The notes: generated by a model not told the origin, from the letters alone. A DNA stretch of 64,000 nt from Eledone cirrhosa (GCA_964016885.1 OZ024740.1:52452001-52516000), one strand, 5' to 3'; shown: positions 41,475 to 55,450, counted from the stretch's first letter. Numbers and translations: made by a program.

Positions 41475-41800
41475 CAACTCCAGGTCAGCCCTGATACAGC
41501 AGACCTATGATCAAAATATTCGATCCATTATTCAATCACAGAATATTGATGATTAGATTACCCAGTATGTCCTTCATTTTTAAGAGAGTAAGGTGTGATC
41601 TTTTAGAGATTTGGCGGCTATTTCGTGCAGATTGGGTGACCATGTAGAGGCTCTCTCGTTGGCTGGTAATCTTCATGGTTTACTGTTTAGCCCCACTTCT
41701 AACCTGATTGGGCAGAACTATGATCAAAGACGTTCCAGCCTTGACAGCCCAATCTTTTTCTCGTGCATAGTTTATTTAAGATTACATTTCATTTTAATGT
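41475..41800. repeat. Old dispersed repeat family, two adjacent copies (related pieces near 25190-25360 and 38620-38980)
   Basis: Recurring CCAGGTCAGCCCTGAT..GCAGACCTATGATCAAA..TTCCAGC and GATTTGGC.GCTATTTC motifs. Confidence 0.55.
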
Positions 41801-42599
41801 CTAGTAATAGACAAAATTTAGCATATCTACGAGAGGATCGGTAAAAATTATAAACAAGAGGAGGCATAACACCAGGTACGCTGCATAGAAAAAATACCAC
41901 ACACATGTAACGAATACTCGAAGATGAGTTTTAAAAAAAGAAAAACAATATTTAGAGAAAGATAATCAGAAAAGAATTTACTTTGAAACAAACACTCGAA
42001 GACATAGAAAGTCAGAGTCACAATTTAATGAAAATATAATGTTTATAACGTAAATAATAGTAATAACAATAGGAACACATACACGCACATATACTCGTCA
42101 AACGATAAAAATAGCAAAAGGTTTTGCATACTGTACTAGCCATGAGCAGTTGGTAAAGATAGTATTTTCTGAAACATATATTAACAGTTTAACTGTTTTC
42201 AATGGTTCGTTAGGTAAACAACAATAACTTTAACATGTACAGGCAGATAGAAACCTTCCTAAGCAAAAGGAACACAAATGGAGTTACATTCTCCAGTATA
42301 ACCTGCAATGTTGAATCTTTAGACATGGCCAAAGCAGAATCCTAAACCGACTCGTGGCAACGTTGTGTCCAAAAGAACTGCCTCTCCTTGTCCAAAGAGT
42401 ATATTCAGAAGCAGACACGGAGAAAACTTATCTTCCTTCGTCTCACAAAGAGCCGGGGTGGGGGTCCTATGCTTTCAAAAACTTAATTTAAGGAAGTTCT
42501 ACCTGGCATTTGGGCTAATAATTTATGTATAAAAAAGAGAAAAACGGTGCAGTGGGTGTTCTACCTTACTTTCGGGAGTAAAGACGAAGCGAAAGACAA

Positions 42600-42925
42600 G
42601 CAGGGATAGTGCACAAAAAATATTTGCTCATAAACTTATACCCCAGTGCATGGGTCGGCGTAACACTAGTGTAACCTCTGAGGCATAGCAAGCGACATTA
42701 TCTATTGGATCATTGTCGCCTTTGTAAAGCAATATGGGCATGTAATAAGCGCTAAAATAGTGAGAAATGATATGTGGTCGGGAAGAGTCAGTAGGGACTA
42801 CTTAGTACCACAAAGCTATTCCAGAACAATACCGCGTTATGGGCACTGAATCAAAAGCAATAAGAAAACCTAATTGTCACACATGTGGCAACAAAAGCCA
42901 TTTTAAGTGTTTTCTGTCCCGATAA
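42600..42925 (+). pseudogene. Degenerate Tx1-like ORF1 remnant
   Basis: Manual translation KLIPQCMGRRNTSVT...WIIVAFVKQYGHVISAKI...RKPNCHTCGNKSHFKC parallels ORF1 at 11778-12287. Confidence 0.6.
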
Positions 42926-44684
42926 ACTGAAATAACGGTAAAATAATGAGCAGGTTTCTAGGGCTACTCTGGCAGTAGCTCTAATCACACCATCCGCTTC
43001 ATTTCCGACGATGACAGGAAAATCCGCTTTTTCGGTTCCTGAAGTGAACGTCACGGGGCACCTTCTCCCAATCTAGAGATGGCAGAGAAGGTTACATCTT
43101 GCTCGATTTCAAAAGTAAATGATGCCGAAGTTCCACCGTATAAGAGTACCCCACCATTCATTTGTGATGACGAAGACCAAATAGAGATTGAGTAAAACCG
43201 GCAGAATATTACAGCAGAATTAGAAAAAATTCCTACGGGTGATAAAATGTACGGTGGGTGAGCAGAAATGTGGGATGCTCTGACTCAACCTAACTAGTGG
43301 GTTCGCATCCATATGTGGGTGGGTAGCCTTAAATATTTTTCATGATTTATATTATATCTTGTGTTAATTATTTTGTGTCTTATTTTATACATATTTCAAA
43401 TTTTAATCCGTTTAATCAATTTCCGAAGAATGAAGAAACACTAAGTGAGGTTTGAACTTCGAAAGTAAATCTTTGTAGCAGTTCTGAATTATATCTAGAA
43501 CATAATGTGGACATGATGTTGTGAGAGATTTAGTCAGACGTTTAGGGTTTATTTCATAACGACCCTGCCCTTCTTTATTCAGTAAATTGATCTGAATACT
43601 ATGGACGATGCCTGGCTGTTCAATCGACTACATACAGGCCTTAGATCTTCTTGATAACAACACAACAACAAAAGCACGTCTCTTTATTCAGCATATTGTC
43701 GATTTTTAAGGCAAATATGCCAGTACTAGATTCATATATTTATTCTATCGGAACAAGCCTGGGACTATATAGTAATGACAACAGAAACAATATAGCTTTT
43801 TAAGAAACGTTATAATAATAGTTATCATTTTTTTTCAAATGGTTGAGATGTTGTTTCAAAATTTCGTTGCTTTATCTTAAGTTTAATTTGTGTTCTCAAA
43901 CATTTAGTTTTAGTTAAATCGATTGAAAAAAGAAACCACAAAAGTAGTTATCTACAGATGTGCAGTTGTTTTACACAGTGTAAACATATACTATAGTTTC
44001 ATTTCTGAGCTGTAAAAAGTATTTTACAAACGAAAAAAATGAAACTTCTTCGAAAAATGCTGAATGTTATTCTTATAACTATCCGCGAGAAGTGTATTGC
44101 GTTAGCGAACTAATTCGAAATGTTATTTTGTTATTTGACTACCTTGGAATGAAAAATACACCTAACTGTGGAGCAAGTTGGCAAACGTTGATGAACTGAG
44201 AGATATTGGCAATAACTGATACTTTCCGGAGAAAATTAATAGTAATTCTGAATTATATGTATAACATGCGTACAGGATTTTGTAAACATCAATGATTCAA
44301 AAAAGACGTTTAAGGCACGTAGACAGGATTTTTCGGACATTATGAATAAACTTCGTATGAATTTATAGATGTACTGTATATGTCTTATCAAGACTATACC
44401 AGTATAGATCTCTCGCTAGTCATCAAAATATTGATTCTGCAAATGTGAATATGACTGGTTATTATGTTACATTTGTATTTGTGTGTTGGGGGTGACTTAG
44501 TGGTGAGTTGTTAAGTGAATATATTCCACTAGTGAATTGTGTATATGGCTGGTTGCTTGCTTAGTATTTTTCACATCGCACCATAACTCCAAAAATATGC
44601 GAAATATATTCATTATAAACAACTACACTAACAATCTTATTGTTAGTGTAGTTGTTAACTGCACTGAAGGTACACAGCTATATA

Positions 44685-44742
<58 letters not shown>

Positions 44743-44914
44743 CACTTCAGAAATGAGGTCGATTCTTTCTCAACATCTCTCAACCCCCTCCTCTCCTCCT
44801 TTCTCTCTCTCTGAAAGAAATCGGTTGTGTTCAGATCTGGAGAGATGGACTCAGCTAGGTTAAAGGTACCCAAGACACAACGTGCTCTTATGACGCCATC
44901 AGGAGTTGCAGGTT

Positions 44915-44995
<81 letters not shown>

Positions 44996-44998
<3 letters not shown>

Positions 44999-45177
44999 AA
45001 AATGTTTAACCCCGACGGCAGAGCTCAGGCCGTTTCTAGAGTCCAGAAATAGCCGTCGAAACGGCCTGAGCTCAGCCGTCGGGGTTAAACATTTTCCTAT
45101 TACCCACTCTACTACCCTAAGCATTGAGTACTCTGGTGCGTTATGGCCATCTGGTTCCTTACCACACCTCCTTCGTT
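44996..45177 (+). mobile_element. Hairpin+tail element, copy E
   Basis: Palindrome 44996-45098 with asymmetric loop, plus tail; TA flanks. Confidence 0.88.
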
Positions 45178-45183
45178 ATATAC

Positions 45184-45247
<64 letters not shown>

Positions 45248-45269
45248 TATATATATATATATATATATA

Positions 45270-45311
<42 letters not shown>

Positions 45312-45355
45312 TATATATATATAGTATATATATATATATATAGTATATATATATA

Positions 45356-45401
<46 letters not shown>

Positions 45402-45403
45402 TA

Positions 45404-45435
<32 letters not shown>

Positions 45436-45724
45436 GTATATATATATATATATATATATAGTATATATATATATAGTATATATATATATATAGTATATAT
45501 ATATATATAGTATATATATATATATAGTATATATATATATAGTATATATATATATATAGTATATATATATATATATATATATAGTATATATATATATATA
45601 GTATATATATATATATATATATATAGTATATATATATATATAGTATATATATATATATATATATATAGTATATATATATATATAGTATATATATATATAT
45701 ATATATATAGTATATATATATATA

Positions 45725-45782
<58 letters not shown>

Positions 45783-46297
45783 TATATATATAGTATATAT
45801 AGTATATATATATATATATATATATATAGTATATATATATATATATATATAGTATATATATATATATATATATATAGTATATATATATATATATATATAG
45901 TATATATATATATATATATATAGTATATATATATATATATATAGTATATATATATATATATATATAGTATATATATATATATATATAGTATATATATATA
46001 TATATATATAGTATATATATATATATATATAGTATATATATATATAGTATATATATATATATATATAGTATATATATATATATATATAGTATATATATCT
46101 ATATATATATATAGTATATATATATATATATATAGTATATCTATATATATATATAGTATATATATATATATATATAGTATATATATATATATATATAGTA
46201 TATATATCTATATATATATATAGTATATATATCTATATATATATATAGTATATATATCTATATATATATATAGTATATATATCTATATATATATATA

Positions 46298-46328
<31 letters not shown>
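45178..46328. repeat. Long (TA)n array with periodic TAG interruptions
   Basis: Directly visible. Confidence 0.95.
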
Positions 46329-46331
<3 letters not shown>

Positions 46332-47178
46332 GGAAAAAATGAAACGAAATTTCATTTCTCACTCTTAGTACGGCTGTTACTTAAATATAAGTATGTATAC
46401 GTACATACATATATGTATACAGACGTACAGTAGTATGTATATATATATACATACATGCACACATATATATATGTACGTATCGATTGACCGAATATTTATT
46501 ATAATGCTCGGTGTGTTTGTAAACAAACATCCCGAATTAAGCTGTACAGTGTCTAGCAACGATCGTTGCTCATTTGTTCAACACTGACAAAGGGACACCG
46601 AGCATTCGGGATGTTTGTTTACAAACAAACCGAGTATTATAATAAATGTTCGGTGAATCCATACGTACATATATATATGTGTGCATGTGTGTATATATAT
46701 ATACATACTACTGTACGTTTGTATACATATATGTATGTACGTACACATACTTATATTTAAGTAACAGCCGTACGAAGAGTGAGAAATTAAATTTCGTTTC
46801 ATTTTTTCCGTTTATTGTTTTCGGTACCCCGGCCGATTAACTCACTCGATATGCAAATTAGGCTGCTCAGCCGTTAATATGCATAAGGAAAGTATATACT
46901 TTCAGACGTTCAACCATCTGGCAGGAAAGTATACGTTGCTGACGATAGCTAATAAGCTTGAAACTAGTACAGCGTTCCTTTGTCAGTGTTGAACAAATGA
47001 GCAACGATGGTTGCTAGACACTGTACGGCTTAATTCGGGATGTTTGTTTACAAACACACCGAGTATTATAATAAATATTCGGTGAATCCATACCTACATA
47101 TATATATGTGTGCATGTATGTATATATATATACATACTACTGTACGTCTGCATACATATATGTATGTACGTATACATA

Positions 47179-47183
<5 letters not shown>
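46329..47183 (+). mobile_element. Retrozyme-like unit of about 429 nt, partial tandem with inverted arm
   Basis: TTCGGGATG recurs at 46605 and 47034; 46329-46597 is an inverted copy; contains an HHR; another fragment at about 50255-50347. Confidence 0.78.
46934..46974 (+). ncRNA. Minimal type I hammerhead ribozyme
   Basis: CGTTG CTGACGA t-AGCT-aata-AGCT-t GAAA CTAG TA CAGCG; canonical core, palindromic stem III. Confidence 0.87.
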
Positions 47184-47247
<64 letters not shown>

Positions 47248-47795
47248 AATTTTAACCCGTCTGTTGAGAACTCTAATTCGATATGTGATATTTTGTATTT
47301 TTACAAATATATACACTACTGAATTCATTCGCCTAATATAGGGGTTCCCTTCCTTGCTAGACCCCACGTGGATTTAGTAACGGGTGCCTTTGTATTTTTG
47401 AACGAAATGCCTGTTGAGAAAGTGGTTTCCTCGTTCATCATTTTACCAGAAGCCAGATATTTTTTATGTAGGCTGACGGTAACTGATTTAGGAACCGCAG
47501 AAACCAAAATGCTAGAATTTAACATCCTTCTAGCGGGTCCGGGTAAGATTTTTCATTCATTTAATTTATTATTTGTATGACCCGAATTTTACTGGTCGTT
47601 TTTTCGGCTGTGCGAATGATTTTAAGCATTGTCTCTATGTGTTGGTACTTAAACGTTAGTTATAGCTCTGGTTTATCCAAACTATTGAGCCCTTTGCCAC
47701 GCATTTCGAAGATTGTGTTTCGTTATTTCGTGGGCCGAGATTCCGATTCTCGATAATTTATTTGTATTTATATGTTTATTAAAATAACAGATTAA

Positions 47796-47846
47796 AGTTT
47801 AAGCAAAGAATCGCTGCTTTCACCCTTAACGGGATCTTCTGAAACT
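47796..47846 (-). ncRNA. Type I hammerhead ribozyme, A4 core variant
   Basis: Minus strand: AGTTT CAGAAGA t-CCC-gttaa-GGG-t GAAA GCA-gcgattctt-TGC TT AAACT; three stems pair. Confidence 0.65.
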
Positions 47847-48703
47847 AACAAAGTCAATCTGTAAACGCAGAACTGGATATTTCAAAAAACGTTGCAACCG
47901 GAGGAAGACAGGAAGACGATACTTTGGTTCGTGGTAACGTTCGCTGGCTAAGAACGGGAAAAAACGAATATAATACGTCATTAATAGGAGCGGTGAAAAA
48001 CAATTACGCGCAAAGACGGAACCACGTTTATGGTATAAAAGAGATCGTAGACTAATGTTCTCTGAGGTGGTTCATAGAGACGTTCTCTGGCAATGAACGA
48101 AAAAAACGAAGATAATACGTCATATGTGGAGCGTGGAGAACAATAGCACGCAAAGACAAAACCACGTAAATGGTATAGCAGAAGTCGTAGACTAAAATTT
48201 TAACTAGGAGACCGAATGAATCTCCGCTACAGAGTTAAGAACAAAGTAAATAAATACAATACAGAAGTAATAGAAATAAATAAATACATACACGCAAACA
48301 GAAACGTACATACACAAGCACACGCAAAACACTTACCATAGGTATACAAACCCCGCACATATAAATATGTGTGTGTGTGTCTGCGTGTATACAAATAAAT
48401 AAATAATTATATAAACGTATATAAATAAATAAATACGTATATAACAAGCGCGCACATATACCTACATGTAAATACACGAATGTTCGGAGACGTAAGTCAA
48501 CCAAAACATGAAGTACACATATACACACACCCTACATACGTACGAACCTGCATACTCACACAGACGCAAAACTCCCGTATACACATAGCCAAACCATATG
48601 TACCAGAATATATAAAAAATTATACGCCATAACATAAACAATCAAATATACGTACAAGAAGGTATACATACCTTCACAAAACATACGGGTAATATATATT
48701 TAC

Positions 48704-49435
48704 CTATGCAAATAAGTAATGGTATAAACAAAACATATACTTAGCTCCCACATCAATGACGTAAAATATCCACGTATGGCTCGTACTATCCGTTAGGGTA
48801 TAACGTAAGGCTGTAATACAGGAACGTTTTGTGCAATTTATGTTTACAAGCCGAAATTGCCTCAGATTTTTGTTTAAGATGTGGTCTGTGGCGTAGAGTA
48901 TTTCCAGGGCATCAGCGGCGCAGAGGTCACATGGTCTTTTATTTCCGTTATACGATCTAGCCCTAGCTAGGATCTCCCAGTGTAACTTATATTGGGTGTG
49001 GTTGTCTTTTAGACTCCAGATATAAGCTGAAAGTGACGTCATATTCCTTCTTAGAGGGTAACGAAAAGAATGGGTATGCATGTAAAGACGCTGCTTGAAT
49101 CTATTGGCGGTTAACCCTATGTAGGCCCTACGGGATGTGGGTGTTACAACCTTACATTTGTAGACACTGTTACTAGAGAGGCGTTTCCCGGATAGGGGGC
49201 AATCAACCCGATTCCTACAATTACAGTTAGTACTAACTACAGGGCTGCACGTGTTCCTACGGCTAGGTAGTTTACCTAAATTTGAAGCTGTGATGTTATG
49301 TGCAAGGTTAGGAGTCGTAGAGTAAGAAATTTTAATAGTATTTCTATTAAAAATGTTACTATATTTATGTGTAGGGGGAAAATGCTTCGTAATAAGGGAA
49401 AGAAAGATCTTAGCTAATGGAGTGGCCATCTCCAT
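48704..49435 (-). pseudogene. PLE GIY-YIG endonuclease region
   Basis: IFNRNTIKISYS..NL..CNCRNRVDCPLSGK..VYKC..YIGLT..FKQR..H..SF..TSLSAYIW.LK..WEIL..CDLC. Confidence 0.88.
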
Positions 49436-49699
49436 ATTATATGGTGGGTTATACGAACAAATGCGACGGGATCTATTTCTTCTAGGTCTATTTTCGTACT
49501 CAGTATATGCTACCTTTGGATTTTAGTCTTCAAATTTATTATTATTACTATATATATATATATATATAAGACCCTGCTGACATATCTGTATTCGTGTATG
49601 CCTACATATATACTTCGTCGAGTGTTCTATCCTGCGTACACTTGGGTCGGTTGATTAACTAACACAAAATATACCAAGCATACATATATACATATATAT

Positions 49700-49821
<122 letters not shown>

Positions 49822-49938
49822 GAATACAAATATGTCAGCAGGGTCTTTAGGGAACAACACCAATAACCAGCCCGTGGTATACCACTGAATGGAAATTACA
49901 TAAGTCATTTTTATTTTTGTTCGTGTCATTTTATTTAT

Positions 49939-50054
<116 letters not shown>

Positions 50055-50071
50055 TATATATAAAAAGTCTA

Positions 50072-50255
50072 AAGTCTGTCTTAAGCCAGAAGGCTCATTT
50101 GGCCGGTGCTTATCTCGGTTTCATGGCGTGAATCGACTGAGAGTACAAGACTCCCCCCTGGACAGGACGCCAGTCCATCGCAAGGTTAAACCTCCAGCTA
50201 TTGCTGGTACTCATTTCCAGCTGACTATACTGGAGCAACGTGAAATGAAGTGTTT
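50072..50255 (-). mobile_element. SINE 3' part (second family)
   Basis: Minus strand GCGATGGACTGGCGTCCTGTCCAGGGGGGAGT; shares GGAGCAACGTGAAAT with 26723-26737. Confidence 0.65.
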
Positions 50256-50404
50256 ATACGTCTGTATACATATATGTATGTACGTATACATACTTATATT
50301 TAAGTATCAGCCGTACTAAGAGTGAGAAATGAAATTTCATTTTTTCCATATATATATATGCAGCCCTGCTAAGAAGACGAGCTGCGGGAAAATGTGTCTA
50401 ATGA

Positions 50405-50587
50405 TAATTGTTTCTATTTTGGACACAAGGCTAGCAATTATCCCAGTGTATTACTGGTGCTTTATTTCATCGAGCCCGTAAGGATGAAAGGGAAAGTTAA
50501 CCTTGGCGGGATTTGAACTCAGACGATAAAGGGCCGTAACTCTTTGCTGCAAAGCATGGCGTCAGACCCTCTCCCGATATTGCCAAA
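50405..50587 (-). mobile_element. Nin-domain tRNA SINE
   Basis: SINE consensus. Confidence 0.83.
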
Positions 50588-52209
50588 TGATAATAATATG
50601 AAATCAGCATTAATATTATATAAATATTATATCATTTAAAAAATGGCAGTGGATTGTAAGATCGGTATAACACCGCACAAAATGCATTGCTATTTTTTGT
50701 TACGATCTTTTGCGTTCTCTGTTCTAATCTCGGCAAAATCCAGTTTGCCTTTCATCTTTTAGCAGTCGATAAAATATCTACTAGGGAAATACTGAAGACG
50801 GTTTAAATAACTATGTTCCTGCAAACATGTTCTTGTATCAATTTAATAAGGCTCTATCATACCTATCAGTTAATCCTTGCCTGTACTGTGTGGCTCTCTG
50901 TGGAGTTTCAATCCAGAATCACAGAAATTGTCTTCCTCCCAAATAATAAATGCGATTTTTTTTCTGCGTCTGTCCGTATGGCTTTCTTGCATATAGACTT
51001 GGCCCTGAGGTCAACCCCTATAAATGACATATATTTGGAATCTGGGAAACCTCGAAAGTGTCTCTCTATTACTTTGATCCAACGACCTGTGGCGTAAATT
51101 TGGACCATCTTATAACAAGCCCAAACAAGCAAAAATCACACCTTAAAAATACCATTCCCCAGTGAAATAAAATTCAAATTAAAACTACATCAGAAAAGCT
51201 TTTGCACGAGAAACCTTTTAATAGAGGTTTTAGCCCACATAATATTGGAGGTATGATACAATATACATAATTCTTCCTTACTCAAACCTACCCAATATCT
51301 AAATACAACAAATCTAAGCTAACACAAAACACACCACATGAAATACAACTACTCAATTAAATGAAATCAAAATTAATACCCATTGATACCCAGAGAATAA
51401 GCTTAATCAAATCACGATTACTCTCAATGCTTGATTTTGCCGAGTTGTGGCTACCAGATAAATTCCTACCGTATATTCTGTAGTGTTCGGTCACTCACCT
51501 GAAAAAAATCTCCTTCGTATCCAAGACCTTTTAAAGAAGATCCTAATCCACACAATACCAGAAGTATGATTCAATCTTATATATAATGATTGGAGGACTG
51601 TCAAGGATATTTTTTCTGAACACGTTATCAAAATAAGTTGGATTAATCACGAATGAATATTGTGTAATTTATCTACTAAATTTCGTAGCTCTTGATTAAA
51701 CATAAATATTCTTATGTATTGCTTATTTTAAGATTCACTTCTTTAAAAATGTTCAAATGCCAATACTTCCGGTTAACGTCCGTTATATCTTAACACTTAG
51801 GATCTTCTAATATTTGCATCGTTATATAATGTATATATTTCCGACGCTAATTTTCTCCTTTTTCGTTTTCATAACATTTCACCGTAATGTAGTTAATATA
51901 TAATATCGTCATTTTTAAATGTATCATGGATTACTTTACTGATTACAGAAGGCAGTGTAACACAGTCTCTCTTCAATTTCTGTGCATATTCTTAATTACG
52001 ATTATATTTGACGTATCATATCTACATGCATGTATATTTGCGTATAATATCAATATGCACACTACACATGCTAGCAGAAAACCACCTGAACGGTGGTTTT
52101 TCTGCTACTATATATAATTCTTTACACAAACCTGGCCAATAACAAAATACAAACTTAAATTAGCTTAAAATTCACCACTCTATAGTTTCCTGATTAAATA
52201 TTGAAATGA

Positions 52210-52293
<84 letters not shown>

Positions 52294-53789
52294 ATAGTAA
52301 CCGGAAACAACAAATCAATTAGGAAAAATGGGTTACAATTAAACATAATAGTAATAATAATGAATGATGATCTGGTGATAGAGATGATCATAAAAATGAT
52401 GATGATGGTAGTTTCATCTTATTTATTTGTAAAATTGTTATTGATTAATGTGAAAATAATGGTTTAATCTCCTAACAGAAAAATAGTTGACCAACGATGT
52501 TGTTATTTGAATTTATCATTTTAAAATGTATTTAAAATATACGATAGACCAGCGTATGATGTTAATATTTTGCGGGGTTTTGTTTGTTTCTTTTTATTTT
52601 GTCTGAAAAGTTCGTCACAAATGAATAACACTGCAGCATTTCAATATAATTAGCGCTCATTTCTACACAGTATGTACCACAGTGATTAAACCACAGATGA
52701 TACCACTCCTCTTTAATATTCCTCACACAGATGTCATCCATATGTAACCAACACCCATCAATTAAAACTTGCAATGCCTCCTTAAAACAGAACCTCGAAA
52801 ACATGTGAATTTGACTATATTTATATACGATAATACTTACTTGCAACAAATCAATTAATTCTATACGTCAAAATATTTTTTTCCGTTATACAATAGTATA
52901 TGGCCATAAACTATAAGAATCTCTACATTTACTTTACATTTAATCAACTATTTAATGTAGTTGTCACTAAATATAAAACCCATTTCTTTTATTCATCCAA
53001 AATAGGTTTCACTTCTCCATATTTTTTAATTATCGTAACTCGACGAACAAATTTGATAAAACTTATCGTATTATCATGTATTATCAGGTGTAATTATAAA
53101 AATATGAAATAGCTAAAATCCGTCTTCACAATTTACAATCAATATATTTTGAAATACTAATCGGTTCTCTAAGAAATATTCTTGCTCAAATTATTAATAT
53201 TGCTAGAGCAATTCGTTCTTATTATTTGTTTAGTGTTTATTGATTCAATCAATGCAGTCTTCATAATAATTATCGTTATTTTCTTTATCACTCTCTATTT
53301 TGCCAGCCTTTTTCTGCTATACCACATAATGCCACAGACATTTTTAATGACTTAAAGAAAAAGGAGCATCAATGACTGGAATTGATGGGAGGAAAAATAC
53401 ATATCTTCAGACCAGAGAATTGGCCCAAACAATTCCGCTAGAGTGTGTTTAACTAAAGGCCCATCGGGACCAGATTAATTCTACCACGCAAGAACAGGTA
53501 CAACTTCTACGGTAGGGTTCAACACAGTTTCCAACCAATTTTCTCTTTCGTCAAGCCAGCGTTATAGTAGAAAATATTTTTCCAAAGCGCGGCGTAATAG
53601 TATGCTACTTCTATCTGTGTGAATATTTGTCTATTATTATGATGTGTCTCCGAGTTTATCTTCCCTAGTTAACAAAGCACTTTAGCTATAGATATATTTC
53701 ATGATTATAGATATATATGCCTATCATTCTACCTTCCTATATATCTACTTCTTTGTTTATCTATCTATTTATCAACTTATATACCGCCT

Positions 53790-53842
<53 letters not shown>

Positions 53843-53899
53843 CCTCTCTCTCTCTCCCTCTCTCATCTCTCTTTCTCACTCTCTCTGGAAGCGATGACG

Positions 53900-54350
53900 A
53901 ACCTCTCGGAAACTGAGGTCATAACAACAATTAAAGAGTTCAAATGTAGCAAGACCACTGCTGAGGATGAAGTTCAGCCTGATATATTAAAGGCCTTAAA
54001 TAGAGAAGACATTCTCTGACAGGCTCATGTATGCTGGGTGGCCTGGATCTCTGGAATACTTCCTTAGCAATGGCAATTGGGAATGATAATCCCAATTTTC
54101 AAAAAGAGAGAGAAATTAGTTCAATTATAGAGAGATCTCCTTGTTAAGCTTCTCGAGTAAATTCTATGCTAAGCGTTGAAATGGAGTGGAAACTGTTCAG
54201 CTAGACAGTTTCTGCTTCAGCTGTTAAATGCACTGTGGGCGAAAGCAGCTTGGTGTGGTGCCGGGTAACAGGAGGCCTCCTTGGGTCAATCAAATGGTCG
54301 AAGATGCCATCCCAGCAAAGAAGGAGGTTTACAAAGCTTTGCCTGGAAAT
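53900..54350 (+). pseudogene. Degenerate RTE-like reverse transcriptase fragment
   Basis: EV...IK.FK.SKT..EDEVQPDILK, then W..G.IIPIFKK...NYREISLLS...KFY with stops. Confidence 0.7.
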
Positions 54351-54449
54351 AATACCACTTCTTGTAGCAAAAACAGCAAAGGCTGTCCTACATTGAAACT
54401 TTCGTAGTGTAAAATCATGTTATAAGTCTAAATTGGTTATTCATTCTTA

Positions 54450-54511
<62 letters not shown>

Positions 54512-54517
<6 letters not shown>

Positions 54518-55126
54518 TGAATATAAAAAAAAAGATAAACACAGTATTTACATATATGTGTTCAAATCGTAAGGGAACAGATTCGTATTTTTTAGTATTT
54601 TTTTCACCTTAGCGAATCTGGTCCCTTTCAATTTGAACACATATATGTATATATCTGTGTTTATCTTTCTTTTATATTCAATTATAATATACGGCTCGGA
54701 AAAATCTCTTTCCTAGAGCTATTTTATTGTAAGAGAGTATTTTGAGCTTCTAACTCAATATATACCTTTGATATATTCGGCTCCGTTAATTTGTTGAGCT
54801 AATTCAAATGTCGAGTAAACCTGGCTGCTATTTTTAGTGGTGTGAGCTTGTGAGACACGCTAAGTTTCGATACCATGTGCGTTATTATATATACGCACAC
54901 TATTCAGTTTTTTTAATATACTTAGAAGTGACCAGGATACTAATTCTTCACCCACTGACGAGCAAGAATCGGTATTCCTCTTCACAATCAATTTGCGAAA
55001 CTGCATAGCCAAACGCTGTCTGGGTGATTGGTAGTTACCACAATTCCGATTTGAATTTATTTTCTTGATTTATTCTTAAATTGAGACTGGCAAACCCTAT
55101 CGTCCATATTTAGTATTTTTTTCCTT

Positions 55127-55128
<2 letters not shown>
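54512..55128 (+). mobile_element. Retrozyme-like unit of about 518 nt with inverted 5' arm
   Basis: Inverted repeat 54512-54585 / 54612-54688; TAGTATTTTTTTC at 54593 and 55111; contains an HHR; TA flanks. Confidence 0.7.
54949..55026 (+). ncRNA. Type I hammerhead ribozyme, canonical core
   Basis: CACCCA CTGACGA GCAAG...TTTGC GAAA CtGC-atagccaaac-GCtG TC TGGGTG. Confidence 0.85.
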
Positions 55129-55160
<32 letters not shown>

Positions 55161-55163
<3 letters not shown>

Positions 55164-55362
55164 AACCAGTAAGACCCCGACAGCTGAGCTCAAGCCGTTT
55201 CGACGGCTAATTCTGGATTAGCTAATTCTGAATTAGCCGTCGAAACGGCTTGAGCTCAGCTGTCGGGGGTCTTACTGGTTCCTATTACCCACTCTACTAC
55301 CTCAAGTATTGAGTACTTTGGTGCGTTATGGTCCACCTGGTTCCTTACCACATTTCCTTCGT

Positions 55363-55363
<1 letters not shown>
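55161..55363 (+). mobile_element. Hairpin+tail element, copy F
   Basis: Palindrome 55161-55283 plus tail; TA flanks. Confidence 0.88.
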
Positions 55364-55397
<34 letters not shown>

Positions 55398-55399
55398 AA

Positions 55400-55450
55400 A
55401 GCTTCTACAGGACTAAAAATGTTTCATTCGTGAGAAATCATCAGGAAGCT
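55400..55450 (-). ncRNA. Type I hammerhead ribozyme, canonical core
   Basis: Minus strand: AGCTTC CTGATGA t-TTC-tcac-GAA-t GAAA CA-tttttagtcc-TG TA GAAGCT; at the 3' end of an island of about 290 bp. Confidence 0.8.

Larger units (their letters stand above)
47779..49500 (-). mobile_element. Penelope-like element 3' part (GIY-YIG plus long tail)
   Basis: ORF 48704-49435 plus an HHR near the 3' end; the terminal 60 bp recur at 63885-63947. Confidence 0.85.

Noticed and set aside
50813-51132. Possible decayed LINE ORF1 (GKPRKC...)
   Set aside because: Zn knuckle incomplete; too degenerate to support.
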